In this document: positions 1 to 8,495 of the stretch, in pieces
How the letters are laid out: each line of letters starts with the position of its first letter
Position numbering within the stretch: the first letter of the stretch is position 1
Source: an uncultured Deinococcales bacterium
GTDB lineage: Bacteria; Deinococcota; Deinococci; Deinococcales; JAAFIG01
Assembly: GCA_964244895.1 (NCBI GenBank)
Contig: CAXTKV010000051.1
Span: forward strand, 1-26,245
Direction of reading: 5' to 3'
Length of the DNA stretch: 26,245 bases
Program-made: the position numbers and the translations under genes
The notes under the pieces: model-generated
Databases searched by the model: none
The model's input: only the letters and a program-made list of their open reading frames with translations
Told to the model about the DNA's origin: nothing

Positions 1-23
1 GCGCTGTGGCGCGTAGGATGCGA

Positions 24-79
24 ATGAAATCGTCTGGAACTGAAGCGGCGAAGCTTCACGCGTGAAAAGACGATTTCAT
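24..79. repeat. Inverted repeat/hairpin just downstream of the HD gene (possible terminator or degenerate copy of the intergenic family)
   Basis: ATGAAATCGTCT (24-35) is the perfect reverse complement of AGACGATTTCAT (68-79). An internal perfect palindrome TTCACGCGTGAA lies at 55-66. Confidence 0.55.
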
Positions 80-80
80 A

Positions 81-770
81 TCACTCGAGTTCGTCCACCG
101 CGTGAACCCAGTTGATTTCGGGATCGTCGCCCGGATGGTGGTGGTGCTCCACGATCAGCGCGACGCGCTCGTCGCCACCCGCCGCGCGGATCAACCATGC
201 GCCGATCTGCGGGTGAAAGCGCCGCACGTCGGCTGCGCTGGGCCGGTCGGGTTTGAACTGTCTGGCGCGGGTTTTTCTCGAGCCGACCCGCTCGGCGCGG
301 GTTGTCGTGATCTCGGTCAGGCGGGCGGAGGTCAGGCGCGTCTCGCGGTCGGGTTCCGCGACCCGCAATCCGACCCAGATGCGCTCGAAAACGTTGTACG
401 GCCTGACTTGCTTGCCGCAATCGTGGAGCAGTGCGGCCCGCAGCACGACCCGGCTGGCGTCCGGGTGGAGCCGCAGGATTTCCTTGGCGACGCGCACGGC
501 GTGTTCGCGGTCGCGTCCATCCATGCGGACGTAAACGGCGTACTCGGCGCTCGGGAGCAAGTTTTGCGCCCACGCATCGTCCGGTCTGGCCAGAAACGCG
601 AAGCTGGATCGGAGCGTGCGCTGGACGCGAGCCGCGAGCTTGGCGCGAGTCGGTTTGGGCGCTGCGGGCGCGGGATGCTCGAGCTTGATGGATTCAGACG
701 GCGCGGCTGATGGAAGTTCGACGAACTCCATGTGCTCGAGCGTCGTGTCCCTGAGCTCATCGTCCTTCAC
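81..770 (-). CDS. HD-domain (HDIG-like) metal-dependent phosphohydrolase
   Basis: Motifs D-R-E-H-A, AALLHDCGK, HPQIGA and EHHH...D. The GTG start overlaps the upstream lyase stop (GTGA), suggesting translational coupling. Confidence 0.8.
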   Translation of the reverse strand: MKDDELRDTTLEHMEFVELPSAAPSESIKLEHPAPAAPKPTRAKLAARVQRTLRSSFAFLARPDDAWAQNLLPSAEYAVYVRMDGRDREHAVRVAKEILRLHPDASRVVLRAALLHDCGKQVRPYNVFERIWVGLRVAEPDRETRLTSARLTEITTTRAERVGSRKTRARQFKPDRPSAADVRRFHPQIGAWLIRAAGGDERVALIVEHHHHPGDDPEINWVHAVDELE

Positions 771-2266
771 GCGGTTTCGGCGGAAGGCTCTAAAATTTCG
801 TGGATTGCCTCGTCCAGTCGATCTCGGGCGCGGCGCAAACGCGCTTGTTCCGCGCGACGCCAGTTCTCGTCGGTCTCGAGGGCCTCGCGGGCGCGGCTCA
901 GGAAGGGCAGCATCGCTTCGGGCGCAGGCCCGCCGGGGAGCCTGCGTGCGGCCACGAAGGCCGAAGGGGACAACGCCAGCCGCACGTCGGCATCGTCCAG
1001 ATGTAACGCCTCGCCCAGCTCCTCGAGCGCGGCCTGGTCGACCAGCGCGGCATCCACCTGACCCGCGCCGATGCCGCGCGCGTAGGCCAGATCCACGACC
1101 CTCGAGACGACGCCGTGCGCCTTGCGGAACGGCAAATGGTGGTTGGCGACCAGGAAGTCCGCCAGCCCGGTGGCGGTCGTGAAGTGCTCACCGGCGCGTG
1201 AAGCCATGTGCTCCACCTCGAAGGTGGCGTCCTCCAGCACCGCCGAGAGCAAATCGATCGCCTCGTCGAGTTCCGTGAAGCTCGAGAAGGCCGGTTCGAT
1301 CAGCGTCTCACCGACATCGTTCGTGTCACCGAACGGCACGTTGCGGCACAGGCCGTAGACCGTCTGGGCGTTGCCGACGCTCCGCGCCAGTTTGGTGCGG
1401 ATGTGTTCCAACACGACCGGGTTGCGCTTTTGCGGCATGATCGAGGAAATCTGAATGAACGCGTCCGGCACGCGCAGAAAGCCGTATTCCCGCGATGCCC
1501 AGTTCATCAGATCGAAAACCATTCTGGATAGATTCGTGGCCAGTGTCATGCCCGCCGCCAGCGCTTCTAAGGTGTGATCCGCGCCACCGACGGCATCGAT
1601 GGCGTTCTCGGCCAGACCCTCGAAGCCCAGAAGCGTTTCCGTGATCTCGCGCCGGATCGGGAAGCCCGTCGTGGTCATGGCCGCCGCGCCCAGGGGGTTG
1701 CGGTTGATGGTCGCGTAGGAGGCCTTCAGGCGCGTCGCGTCGCGTTCCAGGCAACCGATGATGCCGCCCAGGTAGTGCGCCAACGTCGTCGGTTGCGCCG
1801 GTTGCGCGTGCGTGTAACCGGGCATCAGCGCGTCGACGTGCTGCAAGGCCCTGGAGATCAGCACGCCCCGGAATTCGCCCAGGACTTCCAGTAAACCCAG
1901 TACCGTCTCGCGCAGCACGATGCGGATCATGGCGGCGTCGATATCGTTTCTGGAGCGCGCGATCTGGAGGTTGCCGCCCGCCTCCGAGCCAGCCAGCGCG
2001 ATCAATTTCTGTTCGACCGCGAAGTACAGATCCTCGTATTCCTCGCGGTAGCTGTAGCCGCGCGCGCCGCCCGATTCGATCCCCTCGAGCGCCTCGAGCA
2101 ACCTGGTGGCTTCCTGCGCGCCGAGCAACCCGACCTGCGCGAGCATGACCGCGTGCGCCTTGTTGACCAGCATCAAGGGTTTAAACAAATACCGTTTGGC
2201 CTGCGCGAAGTTCGGTCGCAGCACGTGCGCGACGTAGTCTTCACTCCAGCGTTTGCGCCCTTCCAC
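767..2266 (-). CDS. argH: Argininosuccinate lyase family protein (fumarase/aspartase superfamily), non-canonical N-terminus
   Basis: Motifs ARSRND, MPGYTHAQPAQP and SSIMPQKRNP. TAGAAT -10 box at 2273-2278 lies 6 nt before the GTG. Confidence 0.8.
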   Translation of the reverse strand: MEGRKRWSEDYVAHVLRPNFAQAKRYLFKPLMLVNKAHAVMLAQVGLLGAQEATRLLEALEGIESGGARGYSYREEYEDLYFAVEQKLIALAGSEAGGNLQIARSRNDIDAAMIRIVLRETVLGLLEVLGEFRGVLISRALQHVDALMPGYTHAQPAQPTTLAHYLGGIIGCLERDATRLKASYATINRNPLGAAAMTTTGFPIRREITETLLGFEGLAENAIDAVGGADHTLEALAAGMTLATNLSRMVFDLMNWASREYGFLRVPDAFIQISSIMPQKRNPVVLEHIRTKLARSVGNAQTVYGLCRNVPFGDTNDVGETLIEPAFSSFTELDEAIDLLSAVLEDATFEVEHMASRAGEHFTTATGLADFLVANHHLPFRKAHGVVSRVVDLAYARGIGAGQVDAALVDQAALEELGEALHLDDADVRLALSPSAFVAARRLPGGPAPEAMLPFLSRAREALETDENWRRAEQARLRRARDRLDEAIHEILEPSAETA

Positions 2267-2349
2267 GGGTTCATTCTAACGGGTTCAAGCAATTCGACCG
2301 TAGCAAAATCCATGCTCGAGACGCGGTTTGGTTCGTGATGATGCTGGGA

Positions 2350-2400
2350 ACACCGTCTGGGACGCGAACAAAAGAATGCGTGCAAGATGGTCTCCTCGAG
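2350..2400. repeat. Paired-box intergenic element, 44-bp type (degenerate) plus terminal CTCGAG
   Basis: ACACCGTCTGGGACGCG...GCGTGCAAGATGGTCT (2350-2393), followed by C-CTCGAG. Confidence 0.7.
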
Positions 2401-2471
2401 ATGTCAGCGAAAGACGGGACGGGTTTAGGTTTTTGCGTACGCTTCGATTCGATAAGAACCGGGGTGACGAG

Positions 2472-2969
2472 CTACAACAGGAACGAACGAATCCCGAGCC
2501 GATCCATGACTCCGAACGCCCGTTTGAGCGCATCGAGCTGAACGGGTATCGCCAGTTGCTCGTCGCTTTGCGTGTCCAGGCACATCAATTCGTAGCCGCG
2601 TTGCCGAAACCACGGAGCCGCGCCGCTCAGCACCTCGAACACCTCTGTCGGAAGGGCTGAAACCGTACTGAGGAAGTGACCCTCGAGCCCCAGGGTGTGC
2701 GCCATTGCCTGGCATTGCCATTCGACCTGCTCGCTGGCTTTCCAGTCCACGCTCAGGAACAGCCACCAGCGGCAGTGCGATTCGTCCATCCACCAGCCTG
2801 CAGGGTATTCGGTCGGGTAATCCTGAAGGGCTTCCTTGAGGGCGTGCAGCTCGTCGCCGTACTCGTCTAGGGCTTGGCGGGTTTCCTCGAATCGCTCCCG
2901 AATCTGGCGGCACAGATCGGCTCGATTCACCTCGAGCGGCGAGAGGATGATGGCGAGCAGTTCGTCCAC
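2472..2969 (-). CDS. Hypothetical acidic protein (DWK motif; possibly DUF6630-like)
   Basis: 165-aa ORF filling the gap with protein-like composition (VDWK, RGYELMCLDTQSDE). The family assignment is from memory and is weak. Confidence 0.6.
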   Translation of the reverse strand: MDELLAIILSPLEVNRADLCRQIRERFEETRQALDEYGDELHALKEALQDYPTEYPAGWWMDESHCRWWLFLSVDWKASEQVEWQCQAMAHTLGLEGHFLSTVSALPTEVFEVLSGAAPWFRQRGYELMCLDTQSDEQLAIPVQLDALKRAFGVMDRLGIRSFLL

Positions 2970-3015
2970 GTCGAGATCACTCTACACACGTCTCAAAGAA
3001 TGGACAAGCTCAAAA

Positions 3016-3059
3016 ACACCGTCCAGCACGCGAATTTAGGCTTGCGTGCTGGACGGTGT
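3016..3059. repeat. Paired-box intergenic element, 44-bp type (perfect copy)
   Basis: ACACCGTCCAGCACGC-N12-GCGTGCTGGACGGTGT, a perfect 16-bp inverted repeat. Confidence 0.9.
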
Positions 3060-3082
3060 CCGTGATATCCGGTCAGGGCGGA

Positions 3083-4273
3083 TCAACCCAGCTTGGCTCG
3101 AGGCGGCTCGGGCAACCCGAGCGTCAGGAAAAATGCGGGGATCAACAGTGCGACCGTGGCCAGCATGGCGATCTCGGGCGATGTGGCTTTGGCCAGCCCC
3201 GCGAACAGGATGTAGACCACGCCCGCCGTGCCCCACGAAAACCCCATCATCAAGGCGCTGGCGGTGGCGTTGTGACCGGGCGCGTATTCCTGCGCGGCCA
3301 CGATCGCGACGGGAATCGTGGCATTGCCCAGCCCACCGACGATAAACGCCAGCGCCAGAAACGGCGCGAGGCCGATGCTGGACGGGGAAACCAGGATCAG
3401 CACCGCGAACAGCGGGATCAGCAAGCTGACGCTCGAGCGCAGGATCGTGACGCGCCCCAACCGATCCGAAAGCTGCCCGCCGACGATGCCGCCGATGGCG
3501 CTCGCCAGGCTGAAACTGGCCAGCGTAGCCGCGATCACGAAATCCGATTCGCCGCGCGCCTTGAAGACGAACGGAATCAAACTGCCGTAGGTCACTGTGG
3601 ACAGCGACCGCAGCACGCTGACGCCCCAGAGCGTGCGGATCGGGCCTTTGAAGACCTCCAGGTAATCCGAAAGTCCGCGCGTTTTGACGCGTGTAGGGTT
3701 TGCGGTTCGCGTGGACGGGGCCATTGCGAAGGTCGCCACGCCCATCGCCAGCCCGAGCGGCATCAGCCAGACCAGGCCGTGCAAGCCCAACGCGGTCGCC
3801 GTGAACGGCCCGAGCGCCAGCCCCGCCGTGCCGCCCGCGCTGAAAATGCTGGCGTACAACCCGCGTTTCGCCTGGTCGCTGTTGGCCGCCACGTAGGCCG
3901 CACCGGACGGGTGAAAGATCGCGCTGCCCAGACCGCCCAGCATGACCAGCAGTCCTAGAACGTAAACGTTCGGCGCGTAGCCCATCAAGGTCATGCCGAG
4001 CGCCGTCAGGATCGGCCCGGCGGCGGCCAGGTAGCGCCTGTCCACGCGATCGCCGATCGCGCCGAAAATCGGTTGAATCACGGAACCGACCAGCGCCAGC
4101 AGGCTGACCAGCACGCCCGTCTCGACCAGCGTGACGCGGTACGCGTCGGCGATGGCGGGTTGCAACGGCCCGAGCAGGCTGGTGAAGTTGTCATTCACGA
4201 AATGGCTGGCGGTCACCAGGCCAATCACGAGCGTTCTGCCCGCAGCGGCGGTGTTTCTGACGGTGGTGCTCAA
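3083..4273 (-). CDS. MFS transporter, Fsr (fosmidomycin resistance)-like
   Basis: About 12 hydrophobic segments. Motifs SHFVND, QPIFGAIGDR, SAIFHPSG and GGQLSDRLGR. TTG start overlaps the MOSC stop, with an AAGGAG RBS. Confidence 0.88.
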   Translation of the reverse strand: MSTTVRNTAAAGRTLVIGLVTASHFVNDNFTSLLGPLQPAIADAYRVTLVETGVLVSLLALVGSVIQPIFGAIGDRVDRRYLAAAGPILTALGMTLMGYAPNVYVLGLLVMLGGLGSAIFHPSGAAYVAANSDQAKRGLYASIFSAGGTAGLALGPFTATALGLHGLVWLMPLGLAMGVATFAMAPSTRTANPTRVKTRGLSDYLEVFKGPIRTLWGVSVLRSLSTVTYGSLIPFVFKARGESDFVIAATLASFSLASAIGGIVGGQLSDRLGRVTILRSSVSLLIPLFAVLILVSPSSIGLAPFLALAFIVGGLGNATIPVAIVAAQEYAPGHNATASALMMGFSWGTAGVVYILFAGLAKATSPEIAMLATVALLIPAFFLTLGLPEPPRAKLG

Positions 4274-4929
4274 CGGTTCTGCTCCTTTTTGAGTTGCCCC
4301 AGCCTCAGGTGCAATGGTCTGCGCCAGGCCAGCGCGAGTTCCGGGACGGACAAGAGTTTCTCGAGGTCATCGAGGTCGTCGCGCCCGTGGTGGCGGACGC
4401 GGTTGGCGTCTCGGATGCTGACGGCGTGCGCGGATCGCTCCAGCCGCACGAGTTCGTCGTTCGGGCCTACGCGCCCCGGCTCGAGGACGCGGAAGTACCA
4501 GCCCGTCAGTCCAGATTCCACCATCCAGGCCGTCAGCCTCGGCTCGCCGTGCAGCGCGGCGGGTTTGAAGCACGGCACGCGCGGCTGCGAAACCTGCACG
4601 ACACTGGAACCGACCCGGAACGTGTCTCCGATGCACACGCTTTCCTCGAGCAAACCCTCCGTGGTGAAGTTCTCGCCGAAGGCCGGCATCGCCAGCGCGC
4701 GTCCCAGACGGTCTCTCCAGTGCGCGTAATGTTCAGCTGGATAAACGTTCACGGCTTTGTCCGCGCCGCCGTGGTGTTTCGCGTCCGCCACCTGATCGCC
4801 GCGCAAACCCAGCGTGCCGAGCTCGATAACGTTTCCGATGGCTTCCCTGGCGATGGCGCTCTGGACGGTTTCCGCGCCGTGCGCCAACGCTTTGGGGCGT
4901 CCAATGTTGAGCGACACGATACGGCTCAC
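4270..4929 (-). CDS. MOSC domain protein (YiiM-like)
   Basis: Motifs GDQVAD-HHGG-DKAV, FGENFT, CIGDTFRVG, VSQPRVPC and TGWYFRVLEPG. GAGGGG RBS. Confidence 0.9.
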   Translation of the reverse strand: MSRIVSLNIGRPKALAHGAETVQSAIAREAIGNVIELGTLGLRGDQVADAKHHGGADKAVNVYPAEHYAHWRDRLGRALAMPAFGENFTTEGLLEESVCIGDTFRVGSSVVQVSQPRVPCFKPAALHGEPRLTAWMVESGLTGWYFRVLEPGRVGPNDELVRLERSAHAVSIRDANRVRHHGRDDLDDLEKLLSVPELALAWRRPLHLRLGQLKKEQNR

Positions 4930-4999
4930 GATTCGCCCCTCTCGACCCTGGAGGTCAACCGTTCAGCACGGTGGTCTCGAGACATCGAAATTCGTGTGC

Positions 5000-5081
5000 A
5001 GAAGCGCGAATAGCCCGTGAGGTGCTGTCCCATGAGCAAGAAGCGCGAATAGCCCGTGAGGTGCTGTCCCATGAGCAAGAA
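5000..5081. repeat. Perfect 39-bp tandem duplication
   Basis: AGAAGCGCGAATAGCCCGTGAGGTGCTGTCCCATGAGCA at 5000-5038 and 5039-5077, followed by AGAA. Confidence 0.95.
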
Positions 5082-5089
5082 CGGTCTTC

Positions 5090-6268
5090 TCATGCCTTCG
5101 CCGATTTCAGTGCGGGCTCGCGTTCGGGCACGAACACCGTCAGCGCGAGCGCGATCAGCGGCAAGAGCGAGATCAGCGTCATCGTGCTGGCCGTGCCGTG
5201 CGCGTCTGCGAACGCGCCCAGGGCTGCGACGCCCAAGCCCTGCGCCGCGTAGGTCGTGCCGAGCGACAAGCCGCCCGCCAGACCCAGGTTGGCGGGCATG
5301 GCCTCCTGGATCATGACCACGATCACCGGCCAGGCCGCGCTGATAAACGTGCCCGTGACGCCAATCGCCAACACCCGCAGCAGACCGTCGGTGTGCAGGA
5401 AGGCGAACAGCGCCAAGATCGTGATCACCAGGCTGCCCGCCATCACGACGCGCCGCCCGTACCGATCCGCCAGCGTGCCGCCCGCCAGATTGCCGATCAC
5501 GCCAGAGAGCGCCAGCACGGTCACGAGGAGCGCTGCCGCCTCAGGATTGAGCGCGCCGGACTCGTGAAAGAACAGCGGAATGAAGGTCTGAAGGCCCATG
5601 CTGACCGTGCCGCGCACCGCGATCAGCAGGATCAAAAACGCGACCAATCCGTAATTGTTCGCGGTGTTCGAGCTGGTCGCGCCACTTCCGACATCGCTGC
5701 GAACCCTCGAGATCACGCGCCACTGGCTCGCCAAGCCCACCAGCGCGAGGACCGTCGGTACGATCATCAACAGCCCGCCCGGCCTGCCCAGCTTCTGCGT
5801 CAGCACCGTCGCCAGGATTGGGCCGAGCGCGAAGCCGATGCTGCCGCCGGAAAAAAAGACGCTCACGCCAGTCGCTGGCCTGTCCGACATGAGCGCCCGC
5901 GCCCGAGCCAGCGCTTCGGGGTGAAACAACGCGCTGCCGATGCCGCTGACAATCACGGCTCCCAGCACCGTGATATAGGTCGGCCACCACAGCACGCTCG
6001 CCATCGCCAGCCCAGTCAGCAGGCAACCGATCCAGACGAGCGCCCGGTTCGGCTTGCGGTCACCCAGCAAACCGAAGATCGGTTGCGCCACCGCGATCAC
6101 GATGTTGTTGGCCGTGATGATCGCGGCGGCGCTGGCGTAATTCAAGTGCAATTGAGCGAACAACAGCGGCAGCAGCACCGCCAGAGACCCCGTGTGCATG
6201 TCCACGCTCGAGTGCGCGGCGCTGATGGCGAAGAGGCTCGGGCGGGTTTTGGTGGATGGTGTCTGCAT
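5090..6268 (-). CDS. MFS transporter, Fsr-like (paralogue of 3083-4273)
   Basis: Motifs AHSSVD, QPIFGLLGDR, SALFHPEA and GGTLADRYGRR. About 12 TM segments. GAGGA RBS. Confidence 0.88.
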   Translation of the reverse strand: MQTPSTKTRPSLFAISAAHSSVDMHTGSLAVLLPLLFAQLHLNYASAAAIITANNIVIAVAQPIFGLLGDRKPNRALVWIGCLLTGLAMASVLWWPTYITVLGAVIVSGIGSALFHPEALARARALMSDRPATGVSVFFSGGSIGFALGPILATVLTQKLGRPGGLLMIVPTVLALVGLASQWRVISRVRSDVGSGATSSNTANNYGLVAFLILLIAVRGTVSMGLQTFIPLFFHESGALNPEAAALLVTVLALSGVIGNLAGGTLADRYGRRVVMAGSLVITILALFAFLHTDGLLRVLAIGVTGTFISAAWPVIVVMIQEAMPANLGLAGGLSLGTTYAAQGLGVAALGAFADAHGTASTMTLISLLPLIALALTVFVPEREPALKSAKA

Positions 6269-6306
6269 CGTGTTCCTCGAGAAATAACGGTGAAAGAACC
6301 TGTCTT

Positions 6307-6364
6307 CGGGCTGGATGGCGTTTTTGAGAATCCTGAAAGGACTGTCCCAGACGGCCTTCTCGAG
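6307..6364. repeat. Paired-box element, direct type (degenerate, 36-bp spacing) ending in CTCGAG
   Basis: CGGGCTGGATG-GCGTTTTTGAG and TGTCCCAGACG-GCCTTCTCGAG. Confidence 0.55.
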
Positions 6365-6366
6365 AT

Positions 6367-6969
6367 TCAGCGATTGATCTCCAGTTCGGATTTCGGCGCG
6401 GTAGACGCGACCAGAAGCACGCGGGCGGCGCGCCCGATGGCGTCGGCGCGGTGTGGCAGTCGAGCATCGTAGTGGGCGCTGTCGCCGGGTTCCAGCGTGA
6501 AGGTCTCTTCAGAGACGCGCAGGCTCACGCGACCGTCCAGCACGAACATCAGTTCCTCGCTGTCGTGGTGGTTCATGTCGGTGTTGGTGCGCCGTGCGGG
6601 AATGTGGAGCAGCACCGCGTTCAAGTGCGATGGTCGCTCGCCGCCCGTCAAGGGCACGTACTCGAGTTCGTTGCCGGTGCTTCGGCTGCGCGTTCCAGCC
6701 CGCACGATGGTGACGTTCGAGGTCTTGTTCTCGGATGTTGAAGACTCGAACAGCGTGGCGAGCGGCAACTCGAAGGCTTGCGCCAGCGAGATCAAGGCCG
6801 CCAGCGACGGCTGGCGCTCGCCCGCTTCGAGTCGGCTCAGGTACGGCTGGGACAGATCGGCGCGGGCGCTCAGTTCCTCGAGCGTCCAGTCGCGTTCCGA
6901 GCGCAGGTTTTTCAGTCTCGGGCCGAGTCGCGCCAGTTCGGCTTCGAGGTCGGTGGTCGTTTCGGGCAC
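6367..6969 (-). CDS. XRE-family HTH transcriptional regulator with C-terminal cupin domain
   Basis: HTH motif LGPRLKNLR..WTLEELS..LSQPYLSRLEAGERQPS. Cupin motifs HHDSEE..VLDG and LEPGDSAHYDARLPH. TAAGCT -10 box lies 6 nt before the GTG. Confidence 0.92.
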   Translation of the reverse strand: MPETTTDLEAELARLGPRLKNLRSERDWTLEELSARADLSQPYLSRLEAGERQPSLAALISLAQAFELPLATLFESSTSENKTSNVTIVRAGTRSRSTGNELEYVPLTGGERPSHLNAVLLHIPARRTNTDMNHHDSEELMFVLDGRVSLRVSEETFTLEPGDSAHYDARLPHRADAIGRAARVLLVASTAPKSELEINR

Positions 6970-6975
6970 GCCCTG

Positions 6976-7037
6976 AGCTTACGGGGAATCTTGTCCGTCA
7001 GGCAAGAAGTCGAATAAAGATTGTCAGCTAGGCAAGA
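6976..7037 (-). promoter_or_regulatory. Leaderless promoter of the XRE gene with two palindromic operator-like sites TTGTC-N5-GGCAAGA
   Basis: -10 TAAGCT (6976-6981) and -35-like TTGCCT (7000-7005). Sites at 6991-7007 and 7021-7037 are 30 bp apart. Confidence 0.65.
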
Positions 7038-7063
7038 TGGCTGATCTCGAGCTCGACGCGAAA

Positions 7064-7107
7064 ACACCGTCCGGCACGCATTCTTGAATATACGTCCAGG
7101 ACGGTGT
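7064..7107. repeat. Paired-box intergenic element, 44-bp type
   Basis: ACACCGTCCGGCACGC...CGTCCAGGACGGTGT. Confidence 0.85.
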
Positions 7108-7201
7108 CCTTCAACGACGAGCGTTCGAGCACCTCGCCCCGGACGCTTTCGTCGGCGAGGTGCGACCCACGAGAACGTGCGCGCGATGGTGTTTTAGAGC
7201 G

Positions 7202-8290
7202 TCAAAACTCGACCTCGACCGCCTGCAATTCCGCCGCTTTGGCTTCCGGCAGCACGTCGGAAGCGAACATGCCACCGCCCAACTCCGTGCCCGCCAGGTA
7301 TTTCAGCTTGTCGGGCGTGCGGTACGGCGGGTAGAACTCGAAGTGCAGGTGCGCCTCGGGGTGCGCCTGACCGTCCGTCGGCGCCTGGTGCATGACCATC
7401 AGGTACGGAAAGGCGGGGCGTTTTTCAAAGAGGTGATCGTATTTCAACAGCACGGTTTTGAGCGCCCGCGCCAGGTCTGCGCGCTCGGGCTGGCTCAGAT
7501 CCGCGATGCTGGGCGCGGCCCGTTTCGGCGCGATCCAGACCTCGTAGGTGTAGCGCGCGAAGGATGGCACGAATGCGACCGCGTGCTCGCCGCGGTAAAT
7601 CACGCGCTGCCCGTCCTGCAGTTCCAGGTTGACGTGATCTTCCAGCAAGCCGCGCCCGTGCGTTTCAAAGTACGCGCGTTGCATCTCGAGTTCTCGGGCC
7701 GGGATCGGTGGGACGTGATCGTAAGCGTAAATCTGGCCGTGCGGGTGGTAGAGGGTCACGCCCATCTCGACGCCGCGATTCTCGAAGGGCAGGACGTAAC
7801 GGATGTGATCCCGAGCGCCCAATTCAACGTACCGATCCGCCCAGACATCCAGCAACAGTTCGATGTGCGACACGGGCAAACTGCCCAGGCTGGCGTTCGC
7901 GTCCTGCGTGAAAACCACGACCTCGCACGCGCCCAGTCCCGGCGCGGTCGGCGTGATGCTGGCGGGTGGGTCGTGAGCGGTGGCGTTCAGGCTGGGGAAG
8001 CGGTTCTCGAAGACCGCCACGTCGTAATCGCCGGGCGGCAATTCCGTCGGGAAGCTCGCGTCCCGCGTCGGCGCGAGCGGGTTGTACTCGGGCGGCGGCA
8101 GGAACGTCCGATCCTGACGGTGCGCGGCGTAAGTGACCCACTCGCCGCGCAACGGGTGCCAGCGCAAATGCGGGTTGGCGGCGACCGGATCAACCGATGG
8201 GCTGGTGGCCTGAATGCCGTCCGGGATCGGGTTCCTGGCATAGAGCGCCAGCTCGCGCCCGTCGGGCTTTCGGAGGATTCGTTTGTGCAT
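7202..8290 (-). CDS. galT: Galactose-1-phosphate uridylyltransferase
   Basis: Motifs HLRWHPLRGEWV, HRQDR, VFENRFP and FENRGVEMGVTLYHPHGQIY (HPH catalytic motif). TAGAGT lies 6 nt before the ATG. Confidence 0.95.
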   Translation of the reverse strand: MHKRILRKPDGRELALYARNPIPDGIQATSPSVDPVAANPHLRWHPLRGEWVTYAAHRQDRTFLPPPEYNPLAPTRDASFPTELPPGDYDVAVFENRFPSLNATAHDPPASITPTAPGLGACEVVVFTQDANASLGSLPVSHIELLLDVWADRYVELGARDHIRYVLPFENRGVEMGVTLYHPHGQIYAYDHVPPIPARELEMQRAYFETHGRGLLEDHVNLELQDGQRVIYRGEHAVAFVPSFARYTYEVWIAPKRAAPSIADLSQPERADLARALKTVLLKYDHLFEKRPAFPYLMVMHQAPTDGQAHPEAHLHFEFYPPYRTPDKLKYLAGTELGGGMFASDVLPEAKAAELQAVEVEF

Positions 8291-8345
8291 GGCATGACTC
8301 TATCGCGTCCTGGATCGGCCCGTCTCGAGCCGACGATTCGAGAAA

Positions 8346-8389
8346 ACACCGTCCGGTGCGCAAATCAGGAATGTCGTGCTGGACGGTGT
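8346..8389. repeat. Paired-box intergenic element, 44-bp type
   Basis: ACACCGTCCGGTGCGC...CGTGCTGGACGGTGT, preceded by TTCGAGAAA. Confidence 0.85.
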
Positions 8390-8495
8390 TCCCGGCTTTC
8401 ATCAATCCCGGCTCCGGGCTTTTAAGCGCCAACGCGACCTCCTTTACCCGGCGAAAGCCGTCTGGCACGCAATTCCCTGGTGGTACGCTTGAACC

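Noticed and set aside
250..365. In-frame repeat insertion in the HD gene (basic, low-complexity segment containing TTTTCTCGAG)
   Set aside because: Similarity to the intergenic element is too weak to support without a homologue alignment.
3016..3059. 44-bp elements as ordinary rho-independent terminators
   Set aside because: Most lack a U-tract, many have mismatched arms, and they occur in divergent gaps and inside probable operons. Clear terminators with a different structure are present at 10154 and 14982.
5198..6472. Long alternative-frame ORFs (e.g. 5198-6472+, 7160-8425+, 16929-18131-, 18964-20100+, 14461-15384+)
   Set aside because: They are shadow or antisense frames of well-supported genes in high-GC DNA, with Arg/Ala/Pro-rich translations and no motifs.
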